A stretch of 63,961 nt of DNA, the filler included, from Octopus bimaculoides (lineage: Eukaryota): NCBI RefSeq assembly GCF_001194135.2. It is 5 parts of 4 records of this genome, joined end to end, with 100 filler letters (N's around TTAATTAATTAA, not from the genome) between each part and the next. Parts side by side here need not be neighbours in the genome. Positions count along the whole stretch, not along the records: positions 7,385 to 38,534 come from NC_068982.1; 4 more parts are not named here. The stretch is one strand, 5' to 3'. A program made the translations under genes and the position numbers. Below, piece after piece: positions 11,763 through 22,479 of this stretch (its first letter is position 1; every line of letters begins with the position of its first letter). The notes under the pieces were generated by a model. That model was given only the letters and a program-made list of their open reading frames with translations. It had not been told where the DNA came from and did no database searches.

Positions 11763-12143
11763 ACTATCAAACTAATTTCTGAGCGCATAACAATGGTTAA
11801 GGAATGACCATGTTTCTTTTCTTTCTTAATAATGCTTGTTGTTCTTGTTCTTGTTTCAACCGTGGCTGCCTCTGTGTAGTTATTTGTATTATTGTTTACT
11901 TTGTAAAGCAGTAAGGACAGAAGGTTGCTAGTACATCACCCTCTACCCACATTTTCCCCATCCACATCTTTACCATATGGAGCCCTAACAAAATCCGATA
12001 ATAGGTATAGATGCGAATCTACCTAATTACTTGTCTCCTTCTAAAATCAGGCATAACTTGGCGATCGGTCGACTTACAACACCGTTCTTTGTCTTGAGTT
12101 TACTTGGTAGAGTATGTTTGTTAACTTGACCACAAGGTCAAGG

Positions 12144-12215
12144 TGAGCTCTGATTGGCTGTATGCAAATGAGTTCATTACTGGGGTCTGGAACTCTCGTG
12201 AGAAAAAACTTTCGC
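12144..12215 (+). promoter_or_regulatory. Promoter-like cassette, right copy (inverted repeat of 11692-11762)
   Basis: ATTGG at 12153-12157, ATGCAAAT at 12162-12169, TCTCGTGAGA at 12194-12203. Differs from the reverse complement of the left copy by 7 substitutions and 1 indel over 72 columns. Confidence 0.5.
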
Positions 12216-12357
12216 GTACGAGCATGCTTGCCTATCACTTGAGACATCCAAGAAACAGCTGTAAGACTTCAAATTCACCTTACCCTAATTAAATATTCTA
12301 AATGACTTGAGATACTCATCTTGCCTTGGTTTTGCTGTCCTTTTTCCTCTAATATAT

Positions 12358-12416
<59 letters not shown>

Positions 12417-12659
12417 TTTTTTTTATAGAACCGGAGAAAAAAGGGAAAATAGGAAGAGAGAGAAAGAAGAAACTCGGAAATTAAGAAACAGGAGGAGCGT
12501 GAAGCTAGTCTCCGTTGTATCAATAAGGAACTAGGTCATTCTTTTCTAGCCATCAGCCTAAGCTATTGTCGTCTGTTACCGACGGCGAATAGTATCAAAA
12601 TAAGGTGTTGAAATTTAATATTTACCACCTCCTCAAATGGTCAACTGGTGAAATGTTGT

Positions 12660-12950
12660 CTTGGTAATTGGTTGTTCGATTGGTTGCCCACCACCGCAGC
12701 ATAGCTGCCAGCTTCCATGCCCAACAATGAGTAGAAAAAGCAAATTCAACAACAGTTCAATCAACAAATCTAACGACAATATCAACAATTTCAATAATAG
12801 TTTCAAAAATCAATTTTCACAACTCACCACTCTGAAGACTGTCACACGACTCCCTGTGCTGGTTGAGGTCGTCTCATTTTATATTGGCTCTCTGATACCA
12901 CTTGTCCTGTGGGAGGGGTGTACCATTTCCACTACAACACAGCCAATGTT
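12660..12950 (-). promoter_or_regulatory. Third promoter-like block with four CCAAT boxes and a paralogous 5'-exon/donor
   Basis: CCAAT/ATTGG at 12667, 12679, 12883 and 12943; TATAAAA on the minus strand at 12883-12877; GTGTGACAGTCTTCAGAGTG|GTGAGT with the donor at 12827-12822. Confidence 0.35.
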
Positions 12951-13369
12951 TGGTGTGGTAGGTATTAAGTGTAGAGATGATATCGCTTAGAAGTTGCAGG
13001 ATATACTATTGACAAATGCTATGGTCCATGGTTTTAATGAGGACATTTCAAGAGATCTTAAGGAACAATTTGATTTCAATAAGAAGTCAGCGACAGTGCT
13101 TAAAAGGTTGTGAGAAAAGAAAAGGGAAATTAATCTAATTTTAAACTTTTCCACTGTGTGGGCGAGGGTTAACATAGAAAAAAATTTGTTTCAAAAGTAC
13201 ATCGTTGGAAGTGAAATTATTAATTAATGTTAATTTAAGCATAAGTCCAGCGGCCACGAGGGGACGAGCAGTGATATCTCCGATCCCAGTACTACTAAGC
13301 AGGTACTTTATTTCCCAATAACAGACTCTTCAGTGACTTTTGTACTTCAGCCGAATCCTGGTTAGGAAC

Positions 13370-14830
13370 ATTTACTCTATTGAAGATCAGATGGCTATCT
13401 CGAGAAAAAGTTCTGCAACAAGTTATGCCATTAGGAAATGAAGTAGAAATTCTTTTATCTGAAAAAAATAATTCTTCAGCTTTAAGATTTCGAAATTCCG
13501 TGTGGGTGCTTCAATTCGCTTATCTTTCCGATATTTTATTTTTCATTCAATTGAATTACTTGAATATCTCTCCGTAAGACTGATCAAACAATTATTGATT
13601 TAATAGAGAAAATAAATGTATTTAAAGAAGTCTCAAAGTATGGAAAAGGAAACTGGACCAAGAAAGAACTGCATCTTTGCAGCATTTAATCTACTGCAAA
13701 ATATCGGTAATAACTTTAATGATGTACAAAATATTTTCTTTTCACCATCAAACAACAGTAGTTACAGAATTCAATCACTACATTGTAATATAAGCTGCTG
13801 CGCAATATAATTGGCCGTGGATTCCTTTTAATTTTAGCAATAACGATTTTCATGACGATTTTGTCAACAATAATACTTTTCAAGAAAGCTTTGTTCAAGT
13901 TTAAAATGATTTATAGCTTCAATAAAAATTTGGAATTTATCAGAACATTCTCATTGAATGTCAGACAGGGGAAAATATTAATCCTTGGAAATGAAGTAAT
14001 GAAAGTGTTTCTTCCCTTTGTTACAACATACCTGCGTGAATCGAGGTTCTCAGCCCGAACAAATACAAAGGCCAGACAAACAACTTAATTGCAACAGGAA
14101 GCTGACTTAAGATTCAGATTATATCAATGGTGAATCCTGGACTGGAAGAACTTTCTTAACTTGTCCAAATTCAAAGTTCTTATTCAATTGCAAAAAAAAA
14201 ACGGGTATATAACTTCCCTAAATTTAAGTAAAGAATTTTTGAGAATTATCGTAAGACGGGGATATGACAGACATGCACAGATCTTGCATAGAGACTGATG
14301 TGATGCTAAGTTATATAACTGAGAATTTTGGTGACAATATCTTTTCGCGATAGTGAACGTAATGCCATGGAAACAAACAAACCTATAAAATAATGAGTGA
14401 TAGGCATTGCTACAGTTAAGTAAATAACATTTAAATCAGTTTCCTGAGGTTTATCAATATTTAGTTTCATAAAATAAATTACCACGTAAAATAAATTTAA
14501 TAAGGCGCTATAATTGTAAAATTAATTGGATTTTCCTAGTCATAGATTCAGTCAGTTTTCAAGCAATAAAATTTATTTTAAATATTTTTCTCGAGTTATG
14601 GAGTAAATCAAGCAAAATCATCCACCATTTCCCATTTTATATTACTGATTTCACCTTTTTTTCCTTTAATTAAATATAAAATTACTTCGCAGTATACTGA
14701 GTAAAAAAGTAATAGAGTTAATGCAATTCATTAGATTTTCTTCAATCTTTTTTTTAATTTAATTTTTCGGTCGCCATCTTGAAACTATATGCTACTTTGG
14801 GTCGCTATGCAGAAAGGCTGAAAACCTCTG
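13370..14830 (+). mobile_element. hAT-Buster/Charlie-type DNA transposon, 3' part with right TIR, pseudogenised
   Basis: IRWLSREKVLQQVMPLGNEVEILLSEK...WVLQFAYLSDI (RWLSR hAT motif) and LGNEVMKVFLPFVTTYLRESRFSA (dimerisation domain). Ends GGGTCGC...GGCTGAAAACCTCTG at 14830, the reverse complement of a CAGAGGTTTTCAGCC Charlie-like terminus. Confidence 0.85.
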
Positions 14831-15599
14831 AAATAAGAGATTATTTGTAAAAGTGTTATCATGAGCATATTAGTTGGATATGTGGTTGATGACGTATGAA
14901 ATAATTTATGAGGCACAGCATATTGGATACATAGATATGAAAAAAGAATTTCTGTGTAGCTAATCTCTTACGACAAAAGGAAGGCTATAATAGTGGCGTG
15001 CCAGTGATGTAAGCCCACAGAATTTATTTGTGATATAATTGTGTCGATTATTCTCATCCAATCACTTGTTACACCTACTCATTGACAGTAGCGGTAGCCA
15101 ATGTAACAACAACGAAAATTAGCAGCAATGCTACGTCGACCATTTCTTATAACCGATCAGTGACTTGTCTCATATTATATTAGAAGGCATCACTCACTGC
15201 TGACAGCTCTACTTTGATATTGTATACACACTTACGTTTACCAATTCCTACAACTGACCTATGACACATCAAATATATCTTTGTAGAACAGCCACACAAC
15301 ACACAACACACAAACAGCATTTCAGCTTTTCGGTTACAAGATTTCTAAAACAGTTGCACAGAGGAAACATGGCAGGTGGACTTCTGCAGTCATCGATTTT
15401 CACACTCAAAACACTTTACAAAGAAATTATATTAACTTCTTTTTCAGTTAAATTGTTTTTAAAGCACATTATAGCCGGAATATAAATTTTTATCAGATTG
15501 TACACTATAAATACACACAGGCACTTTTTTATAGACGTACATACCATACAGACACGTTTGTATGATGCAGACACTCTATGACTCATATGTATGGGGTAT

Positions 15600-15989
15600 G
15601 TTGTTGTTGTTGGCACTCCGTCGCTTACGACGTCGAGGGTTCCAGTTGATCCGATCAACGGAACAGCCTGCTCGTGAAATTAACGTGCAAGTAGCTGGGC
15701 AGTCCACAGACACGTGTACCCTTAACGTAGCACTCGGGGATATGCAGCGTGACACAGTGTGACAAGGCTGACCCTTTGAATTACAAGCACAACAGAAACA
15801 GGAAGTAAGAGTGAGAGAAAGTTGTGGTGAAAGAGTACAGCAGGGTTCGCCACCATCCCCTGCCGGAGCCTCGTGGAGCTTTAGGTGTTTTCGCTCAATA
15901 AACACTCACAACGCTCGGTCTGGGAATCGAAACCGCGATCCTATGACCGCGAGTTCGTTGCCCTAACCACTGGGCCATTGCGCCTCCAC
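15600..15989 (-). mobile_element. tRNA-derived SINE, family C, full length with (AAC)n tail
   Basis: Minus head GGAGGCGCAATGGCCCAGTGGTTAGGG (A box)...GGTTTCGATTCCC (B box); near-identical to 46501-46769. Confidence 0.9.
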
Positions 15990-16177
15990 TATGTATGGGG
16001 ACACAGACTGTTTAGAATCTGGATCACAGTTGCCCGACGAATGGGAATGCAGTAGCAGTTTTTTGTGATATTTTTGTGATGTTTTTGCAGTTTTAATGAC
16101 AAAGTATCTTATTCTATCTCCGGTATTCGTGTACTACTTTCCCACCTTGTTTCACAGTTATTTACTTACTGTGGTAT

Positions 16178-16579
16178 ACTCTTTTACTTGCTTCAGTTAT
16201 TTGACTGTGGCCATGCTGGAGCACCGCCTTTAGTCGAGAAAATCGACTCCAGGACTTATTCTTTGTAAGCCTAGTACTTATTCTATCGGTCTCTTTGGCC
16301 GAACCGCTAAGTTACGGGGACGTAAACACAGCAGCATCGGTTATCAAGCGATGTTGGAGGGGGCAAACACAGACACACAAACATACACACATATATATAT
16401 ATTTATACATATATACGACGGGCTTCTTTCAGTTTCCCTCTACCAAATCCACTCACAAGGCTTTGGTCGGCCCGAGGCTATAGTAGAAGACACTTGCCCA
16501 AGGTGCCACGCAGTGGGACAGAACCCGGAACCATCTGGTTGGTAATCAAGCTACTTACCACACAGCCACTCCTGTGCCT
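16178..16579 (-). mobile_element. SINE family A, full length (tRNA head, CORE-like CCTTGGGCAAGT block, internal TA/CA microsatellite, 3' domain)
   Basis: Minus head AGGCACAGGAGTGGCTGTGTGGTAAG...GGTTCTGTCCCACTGCGTGGCACCTTGGGCAAGTGTC; more than ten homologues in this window. Confidence 0.9.
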
Positions 16580-16684
16580 ATATATATGTGTAGCCTTTTT
16601 GCTTGTTTGTTTATTCACCGTTTCGTTTTCTTGTCTTGTTTTCCGTCCGCCACTACCCTCCACGAAAATAATTTAATTTGTGTT

Positions 16685-16830
16685 CGTGGGAAGAACCATT
16701 TCAACGATGCGTACTGCCTTAATTCTTCGAAACGCCGGTGTTTTAATGGTGGCAGCTGATGAAGGAGATGTTTCTATGTGGCTTGCTTGTTTGTTGTACC
16801 TTGTTTATCATTTTGTCCACGTTCTTTTGC
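16685..16830 (+). mobile_element. Penelope-like terminal fragment (decayed)
   Basis: ACCATT/AATGGT stem flanks a decayed core and CGAAACGCCGGTG, then CTGATGAAGGAG. The same GAAAC...CTGA(T/G)GA(A/G)GAG layout occurs at 27510-27690. Confidence 0.35.
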
Positions 16831-16919
16831 CACGTCATGTACCCAGTTTTGTATCTATATGTACATGTAGATGAAGGTATGTACATACATGTACATATAT
16901 ATGCATATACTCATATATT

Positions 16920-16955
<36 letters not shown>

Positions 16956-16959
<4 letters not shown>

Positions 16960-17362
16960 AATGTAAGGATAAGCAAGTTAGGCAGGTCAGTATACAAAGT
17001 ATATTGGATACATGAAATATAAAACATGTATATATGTTTACATATTCCCCCTCTAATAGACTTAGCTCTCCACAAATTCATTCTATCTTTGAATCTCTTT
17101 CTGTCAATACCTCCTTGACGACGGAGGCTTGTCTCCTCCAACGATGGAATCAATCCACAAACATTATTCTGAACCACCGAGCCCCCAGAAACAGCTGTTG
17201 GATTTTTAATACATTTCTTCAACCGCTTTAATTCTAGATATCATTTCTATTCTGTGTAAGTCGGACCTTTTTGTATGTAAACATATATACATTTTTTGTA
17301 TTTCATATATTTAATATACTTTGTATATTGAGCTGCCTAACTTGCTTATCCTGACATTTACT
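16956..17362. mobile_element. 89-bp inverted repeats around a 229-bp spacer; probable Ty3/gypsy 3' end plus an inverted second LTR
   Basis: Arms at 16956-17044 and 17274-17362. On the minus strand the spacer reads ...SLRRQGGIDRKRFKDRMNL, then a polypurine run AGAGGGGGAATA and TGTAAACA, which resembles integrase tail, PPT and LTR start. Confidence 0.55.
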
Positions 17363-17574
17363 TCTTTACCTGCTCAAGTTTAAATCTCGAGCACTACTAA
17401 GTGTATTCTATACAGAGAATATCATCTATGAACTATATATATACATATAAAGTGATAGAATGTATTTCCCAATTGAAGGTTACACTTTACAACTAAGGAA
17501 AAGGAATTTTGCATAGGGAAACATTTTTTCACATACATAGATATATACATATCTATATATACATGTGCATGTGT

Positions 17575-17700
17575 ACGGCGGGCTTCATTCAGTTTCCGTT
17601 TACCAAATTCATTCACAAGGCTTTGGTCAGTCCGGGACCATTGTAGAAGACCCTTGCCTAAGGTATCACGAAATATGTCGGAAGCCAAATCATCTTATCA
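17575..17700 (-). mobile_element. SINE family A, partial 5' half
   Basis: ACGGCGGGCTTCATTCAGTTTCCGTTTACCAAATTCATTCACAAGGCTTTGGTC... Confidence 0.75.
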
Positions 17701-17714
17701 TACAACTATATATA

Positions 17715-17757
<43 letters not shown>

Positions 17758-18468
17758 NNNNNNNNNNGAATCCAGTAACGTTTAGACGTTTGTCTTATAT
17801 TCTTGACATTGAAATAGAATCTTGTTATTTATAACATTATATTAAACATGTGACAGCAAACATAAATCATCGATAGGTAGAGAATATATTTTCTGATGCT
17901 GTGATTATATAAGAATGCAATCAATTTATAATTTATTCTGTATATCATATCTTTTAGTCGAATTTATACATCCTACAACTGCATTTACTCGAGCAATGAC
18001 CGAGCGAGTTAATATCGTTATAAGGCGAAAGTAATAGAAAGTTAATTGCAGTCATCTCATTGGTCATTTCAGCTCCAACGTCACATGCGTTTCGATGTTA
18101 AGTGGTAGGTTGATAAGAGACTAGGTTGTTTGTTTATCTAAGTTTCAGGAAACGGGCGCTATGTGGGGAAAGAGTAACGACAAATCATGGATGTGTACGA
18201 TGGAGAGGACGATGAAGTGGTATCGAGGGAGAAAGACTTCACACCGTGTTTGCATTATCTGTTCTGTAGTGAAAGGATGAAAGGATGAGAGTGGGTTTTT
18301 AAATAGAGATAGAGTGCGTGAAAGAGAAACAGAGAGAGAGAGAGAGAAGGGAGAGTTGTGTGAAAAAGAAATTGTGAGAAATAAAAGAATTTAAAAGAGA
18401 GAATAGTTTGTGTAAAAAAAAAAAGAATGCGTGAGGGACTGGGAGAGACAGCTCGATGTTTAAACAAC

Positions 18469-18848
18469 GGATCTATTCCATCTCCATCACAGATTTTTTA
18501 AATTATTTTTTTTAACTAAACAGATTGAAACTTCGAATACTGGTAGAATTTCTCACGTAGAACACGGTTTACTCGGAACGTTTTTGACAAAATTTTGTAA
18601 TTTAGAAGTTATTTCGTGTTAAAGTTGTATTTGTAGCTTTCTTCAACCGAAAACACGTCGGTGGTTGGTTGAAATTACCCAAATACGACAACTTTGACAC
18701 AAAATAACTTCTAAAATACGAAATTTTGTCAAAAACGTTCCGAGTAAACCGTGTTCTACGTGAGAAATTCTACCAGTATTCGAAGTTTCAGACTGTTTAG
18801 TTTTAAAAAAATTAATTAAAAAGTCCGTGATTGAGATGGAATAGATCC
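18469..18848. mobile_element. Foldback/MITE-like element: 380-bp near-perfect palindrome
   Basis: Starts GGATCTATTCCATCTC and ends GAGATGGAATAGATCC. An internal block GAAACTTCGAATACTGGTAGAATTTCTCACGTAGAACACGGTTTACTCGGAACGTTTTTGACAAAATTT is matched exactly by its reverse complement. Short central loop near 18650-18665. Confidence 0.85.
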
Positions 18849-19044
18849 ACAATTTAGAGATTAAAATTTAAAAATAAAAGGAAATGGATATTTTGTGTGT
18901 TGAGTGGCAAAGTGATTAATATACCAATGAGTTTATCTGGGAGATGAGTGATTCATAACTATGTCGCTATTTAGAAAAGAGTCTTGTTAATGATTACAAA
19001 ACATTTGTATATTTATGTAATATTCTTTTTATTCTTTTATTCTT

Positions 19045-19245
19045 TTATTTGTTTCGGTCATTTTTTGACTGCGGCCGTACTGGAGCACAGCCTTTAGTCG
19101 AGCAATTCGACCCCAAGACTTATTCTTTTGTAAGCCTGGTACTTATTTTATCGGCTCTTTTGCCGAACTGCTATATTACGGGGACGTAAACACACCAACA
19201 TCGGTTGTCAATCGAGGCTTGGGGGGGACAAACACAGACACGCAA
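19045..19245 (-). mobile_element. SINE family A, 3' half
   Basis: GACTGCGGCCGTACTGGAGCAC...TTACGGGGACGTAAACACACC...GGACAAACACAGACAC. Confidence 0.85.
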
Positions 19246-19293
19246 ACATATACACACACAAACACACACACACACATTCACACACATACACAT

Positions 19294-19331
<38 letters not shown>

Positions 19332-19339
19332 AGAAAATA

Positions 19340-19440
19340 ACTCAAGGTAGAAAATGCTAAAATAATTTTATCATGAAAAACATTTTAGTACCGGTTCCCG
19401 TCATTCAGACTTTTTCAACTCTAAGCATGGAAAACAATTA
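19340..19440 (-). mobile_element. Penelope-like terminal fragment with decayed hammerhead motif (19385-19424)
   Basis: Minus: TTAG-AGTTGA-AAAA-GTC TGAAT GAC-G-GGAA-CCGG-TA-CTAA (stem I, stem II and a palindromic stem III are visible; GAAA is mutated). Confidence 0.35.
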
Positions 19441-20869
19441 AATTGTGGAAAAATTAAATGAATTTTTTTTTTTTTNNNNNNNNNNNNNNNNNNNNNNNNN
19501 NNNNNNNNNNNNNNNNNNNNNNNNNNNNNNNNNNNNNNNNNNNNNNNNNNNNNNNNNNNNNNNNNNNNNNNNNNNNNNNNNNNNNNNNNNNNNNNNNNNN
19601 NNNNNNNNNNNNNNNNNNNNNNNNNNNNNNNNNNNNNNNNNNNNNNNNNNNNNNNNNNNNNNNNNNNNNNNNNNNNNNNNNNNNNNNNNNNNNNNNNNNN
19701 NNNNNNNNNNNNNNNNNNNNNNNNNNNNNNNNNNNNNNNNNNNNNNNNNNNNNNNNNNNNNNNNNNNNNNNNNNNNNNNNNNNNNNNNNNNNNNNNNNNN
19801 NNNNNNNNNNNNNNNNNNNNNNNNNNNNNNNNNNNNNNNNNNNNNNNNNNNNNNNNNNNNNNNNNNNNNNNNNNNNNNNNNNNNNNNNNNNNNNNNNNNN
19901 NNNNNNNNNNNNNNNNNNNNNNNNNNNNNNNNNNNNNNNNNNNNNNNNNNNNNNNNNNNNNNNNNNNNNNNNNNNNNNNNNNNNNNNNNNNNNNNNNNNN
20001 NNNNNNNNNNNNNNNNNNNNNNNNNNNNNNNNNNNNNNNNNNNNNNNNNNNNNNNNNNNNNNNNNNNNNNNNNNNNNNNNNNNNNNNNNNNNNNNNNNNN
20101 NNNNNNNNNNNNNNNNNNNNNNNNNNNNNNNNNNNNNNNNNNNNNNNNNNNNNNNNNNNNNNNNNNNNNNNNNNNNNNNNNNNNTATATATATATATATA
20201 TATATATATACTATATATATATATATGCATGTATATACATATATATACATATGTATACACGTATATTTGCATATAGATATACATAAGTGGAAATATATAT
20301 ATATGCATAGATAACCAGAAATGGTTCTGACGAAAGTAGCATTAATTTTCTTAGGTCGTTCAATTTTTCTCAACTGATAAATAGACCATTGAGTAAATCT
20401 ATCAGTAATGTACCTATAAGGACTATTGGAAACAGCTGTAAACTAAATTTGCTCCGATAAAAGAAAAACATGTAATTACCATTAGTTTTAATTTGTTTCT
20501 TATTTATCACTCTCCGTAAAAATCAATTGGTCTGAGCCCATCCACGGATTTACAATATAAAATTTTGATGAACCATAAGCTTGGACACTACCAAAAGATT
20601 ACCTGGAGTTCTTCACTAATCTAAATAGCATTGTTACCCTGGTATGCCAACAGAGAGCTTATGAAGTATTTTGCCCGGATTGATAATCTCTCACTATTTG
20701 TTCTGTTATATGCATACATATAAAGATATACACATATACACACACATCCACACACAAACATACGTATATACACGTGAATATGACGTTTTTGTGAATATGT
20801 ATATATGATATCTTTGTCAGTATTAACAAATGATATGCCATTTTTTTTTCTAATCAATTAGCATTATGC

Positions 20870-21350
20870 GTTGTCAAAGTTTTGTTTTATTTTATCGTGA
20901 AACTTTTTAGCTTTACAAATTTTTAATTGTCTGAGTATCGCTTAACGTCAGTCCTTCGGAATCTACTTTAATTGTTTTTGAATTTTAATTACTCTTTAAT
21001 TGTACATTCGACTCCACTCAGAATATTTGTCAACTATTTTAATTCTGAAAACACGGAAAGCGATCATTCATATAACTTGCATAAAACTGAGTGAACAACA
21101 AATTTTATTGACTAAAAAATTTTTTTGAAGCAATTGATGATTAAAAAAGTTTCTTCACGTCTGATACATATATACATTAGTTGACATAATCCTTTGCCTC
21201 GTTTAATATAACTACCTGTCTGAAAATACCTTTAGTGACGCCAAACTTTCGAGTCATGTCTCTAAGGTTAACCTCCTTCCTTCCTTCCACTATTTCCAGA
21301 AGATCTAGTAATGAGATCAGAGGTGCTGCTCCCACTTCTCTTTTTCTGAC
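20870..21350 (-). mobile_element. Highly decayed Tc1/mariner-superfamily transposase remnant
   Basis: Minus: LLEIVEGRKEVNLRDMTRKFGVTKG (HTH-like), VSDVKKLF (FSDEKxF-like) and VESNVQLKS...TLSDTQTIKNL (Tc1 C-terminal-like). Many stops. Confidence 0.35.
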
Positions 21351-21847
21351 TAAATAATACGCAAAAAGTACTCCAATGTGAAAGGTATATTCATCGAACT
21401 GAAAAGATTTTTTAAAATCATTTACGTAATTTAGCTTCTATATCTATGCACATTATTTTGTTCTGTATGCACTCCATTTAGACTGCTGGCGCTTTGATTT
21501 TTCTTTGTCACGTGCGCTGTTTTGACTAATCAGAATCTTGTAGACTGTTGAGCAGTAAACGCACAGTAAAATCTATTCTTTTTTTCTCGACTTGACACCA
21601 TTTCCTCGTCTCAGGCCAGTCTATCTCTCCTTCTGACCTTTTATTTTAACAGCAATTATGCATCAGTTATATTGCACGTATTGTATTCTACCTTGATATT
21701 AGTTAACTTCCTCCACCTCAGCATAGCCTCGATAGAATTCCGTCAGTAAGTATGGATATGTTTAACTTAATTTCTCCGATAACTATGTATCTGTCTCCAT
21801 GAATTTAACGTAGCAACACAAGCCCCCTCATTAGAAGAAAATACCTC

Positions 21848-22276
21848 TCTTTTACTCTTTACACTTTTACTTGTTTCAGTCATTTGACTGCGGCCATGCT
21901 GGAGCACCGCCTTTGGTCGAGCAAATCGACCCCAGAACTTATTCTTTGTTGTAAGCCTAGTACTTATTCTATCGGTATCTTTTTGCCGAACCGCTAAGTT
22001 ACGGGGACGTAAGCACACCAGCACCGGTTGGCAAGCGATGGTGGGGGGACAAACACAGACACACAAATACACACACAAACACACACACACATATCTATAT
22101 ATATATATATATATATATACGACGGGCTTCTTTCAGTTTCCGTCTACCAAATCCACTCACAAGGCTTTGGTCGGCCCGAGGCTATAGTAGAATACACTTG
22201 CCCAAGGTTCCACACAGTGGGACTGAACCAGGAACCATGTGGCTGGTAAGCAAGCTACTTACCACAGAGCCACTCT
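21848..22276 (-). mobile_element. SINE family A, near full length
   Basis: Collinear with 16178-16579. Confidence 0.9.
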
Positions 22277-22479
22277 TAAAATATTTGCAGCAAAAATTAT
22301 CTGACTTATCAATGTACATTTTCACAACACATACATGTAAACTATTGCAAATCAATAGCTTTTTCTTTTATCTTTTACTGATTTCAGCCAGAGGTTGAGG
22401 CCATGTTGGGGCGCCGCCTTTACAAACACTAAGATCTCACCGAGAGGCTTAGTTTTGAATTTATCCTTTATTCCAAAAC

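Noticed and set aside
15950-15989. tRNA-like heads here and at 8600-8686, 16500-16579, 35020-35090 and 46730-46769 as tRNA genes
   Set aside because: They have A/B boxes but no complete cloverleaf or acceptor stem, and they continue into SINE bodies.
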